A DNA stretch of 64,000 nt from an archaeon. Its GTDB lineage: Archaea > Iainarchaeota > Iainarchaeia > Iainarchaeales > Iainarchaeaceae. A program made the translations under genes and the position numbers. The notes below the pieces were generated by a model, which was not told where the DNA came from, did no database searches, and saw nothing but the letters and a program-made list of their open reading frames with translations. The stretch spans positions 4,017 to 68,016 of the forward strand of contig JBBSVV010000003.1 of the NCBI GenBank assembly GCA_038046625.1, given 5' to 3'. Of this stretch, positions 63,721 to 64,000 are shown one piece after another. Numbering within the stretch: the first letter of the stretch is position 1; each line of letters opens with the position of its first letter.

Positions 63721-64000
63721 ATGTCTTCTGTAATGCGCTTGGATGATGAAATCAGGCTCAAAATTCTCTCCGCCCTGCTCAAACAAAATTCGGTTTCCCC
63801 GAACATCAGGCAGCTGCAGCGCTACACGGGCTACCACAAGGCAACCATAAAGTCCTCGCTGGATTTCCTTTCGAAGGAGGGCTTGCTCATGGGCTTTGGG
63901 CCTAAATTTGATTTCCAGAAGTTCGGGTACAGGCTCGAGGTGCTGAGCTTTTTCCAGGCCGACCTCACTCAGAAGGGGCTTTTCGCAAAATTTTTGGCGG
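63721..64000 (+). CDS. Partial (3'-truncated by the window end) winged-helix transcriptional regulator-like protein
   Basis: Hand-translated MSSVMRLDDEIRLKILSALLKQNSVSPNIRQLQRYTGYHKATIKSSLDFLSKEGLL... An ArsR/TrmB-like HTH pattern. Open to the end of the window. Confidence 0.4.
   Translation, partial: MSSVMRLDDEIRLKILSALLKQNSVSPNIRQLQRYTGYHKATIKSSLDFLSKEGLLMGFGPKFDFQKFGYRLEVLSFFQADLTQKGLFAKFLA

Overview
This window reads as an archaeal chromosomal segment at roughly 45-50% GC by eye. The gene content is typical of a small-genome, possibly DPANN-like archaeon: RpoK, ribosomal S17e, aEF-1beta, Elp3, pelota, ABCE1, archaeal DnaG, Hjc, NurA/HerA/Rad50, RFC small subunit, PTH2, the archaeal CCA enzyme and ThrRS. 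I call about 70 CDS, four tRNAs (Gly-TCC, Gly-GCC, Val-TAC, Arg-TCG), two LAGLIDADG inteins (in HerA and in a FlaI/VirB11-like ATPase), two free-standing LAGLIDADG endonuclease genes that each run into the 5' end of a tRNA gene, a type IV pilus/archaellum-like locus, and two toxin-antitoxin pairs (MazEF-like and VapBC). The most unusual content is non-coding. First, a family of at least seven small structured repeat elements with the core ACTATCTTCGC-N4-7-GGGCTCGATAGT, often preceded by CCGGAAACCGCCGGCGG. They sit at gene 5' ends and gene junctions, and three copies are associated with duplicated, diverged copies of the adjacent gene terminus. Second, perfect TTTTCTTTTC/GAAAAGAAAA palindromes bracket the tRNA genes. 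No CRISPR array, rRNA, integrase or transposase gene was seen. All calls are from reading the sequence and ORF translations only; no searches were run.
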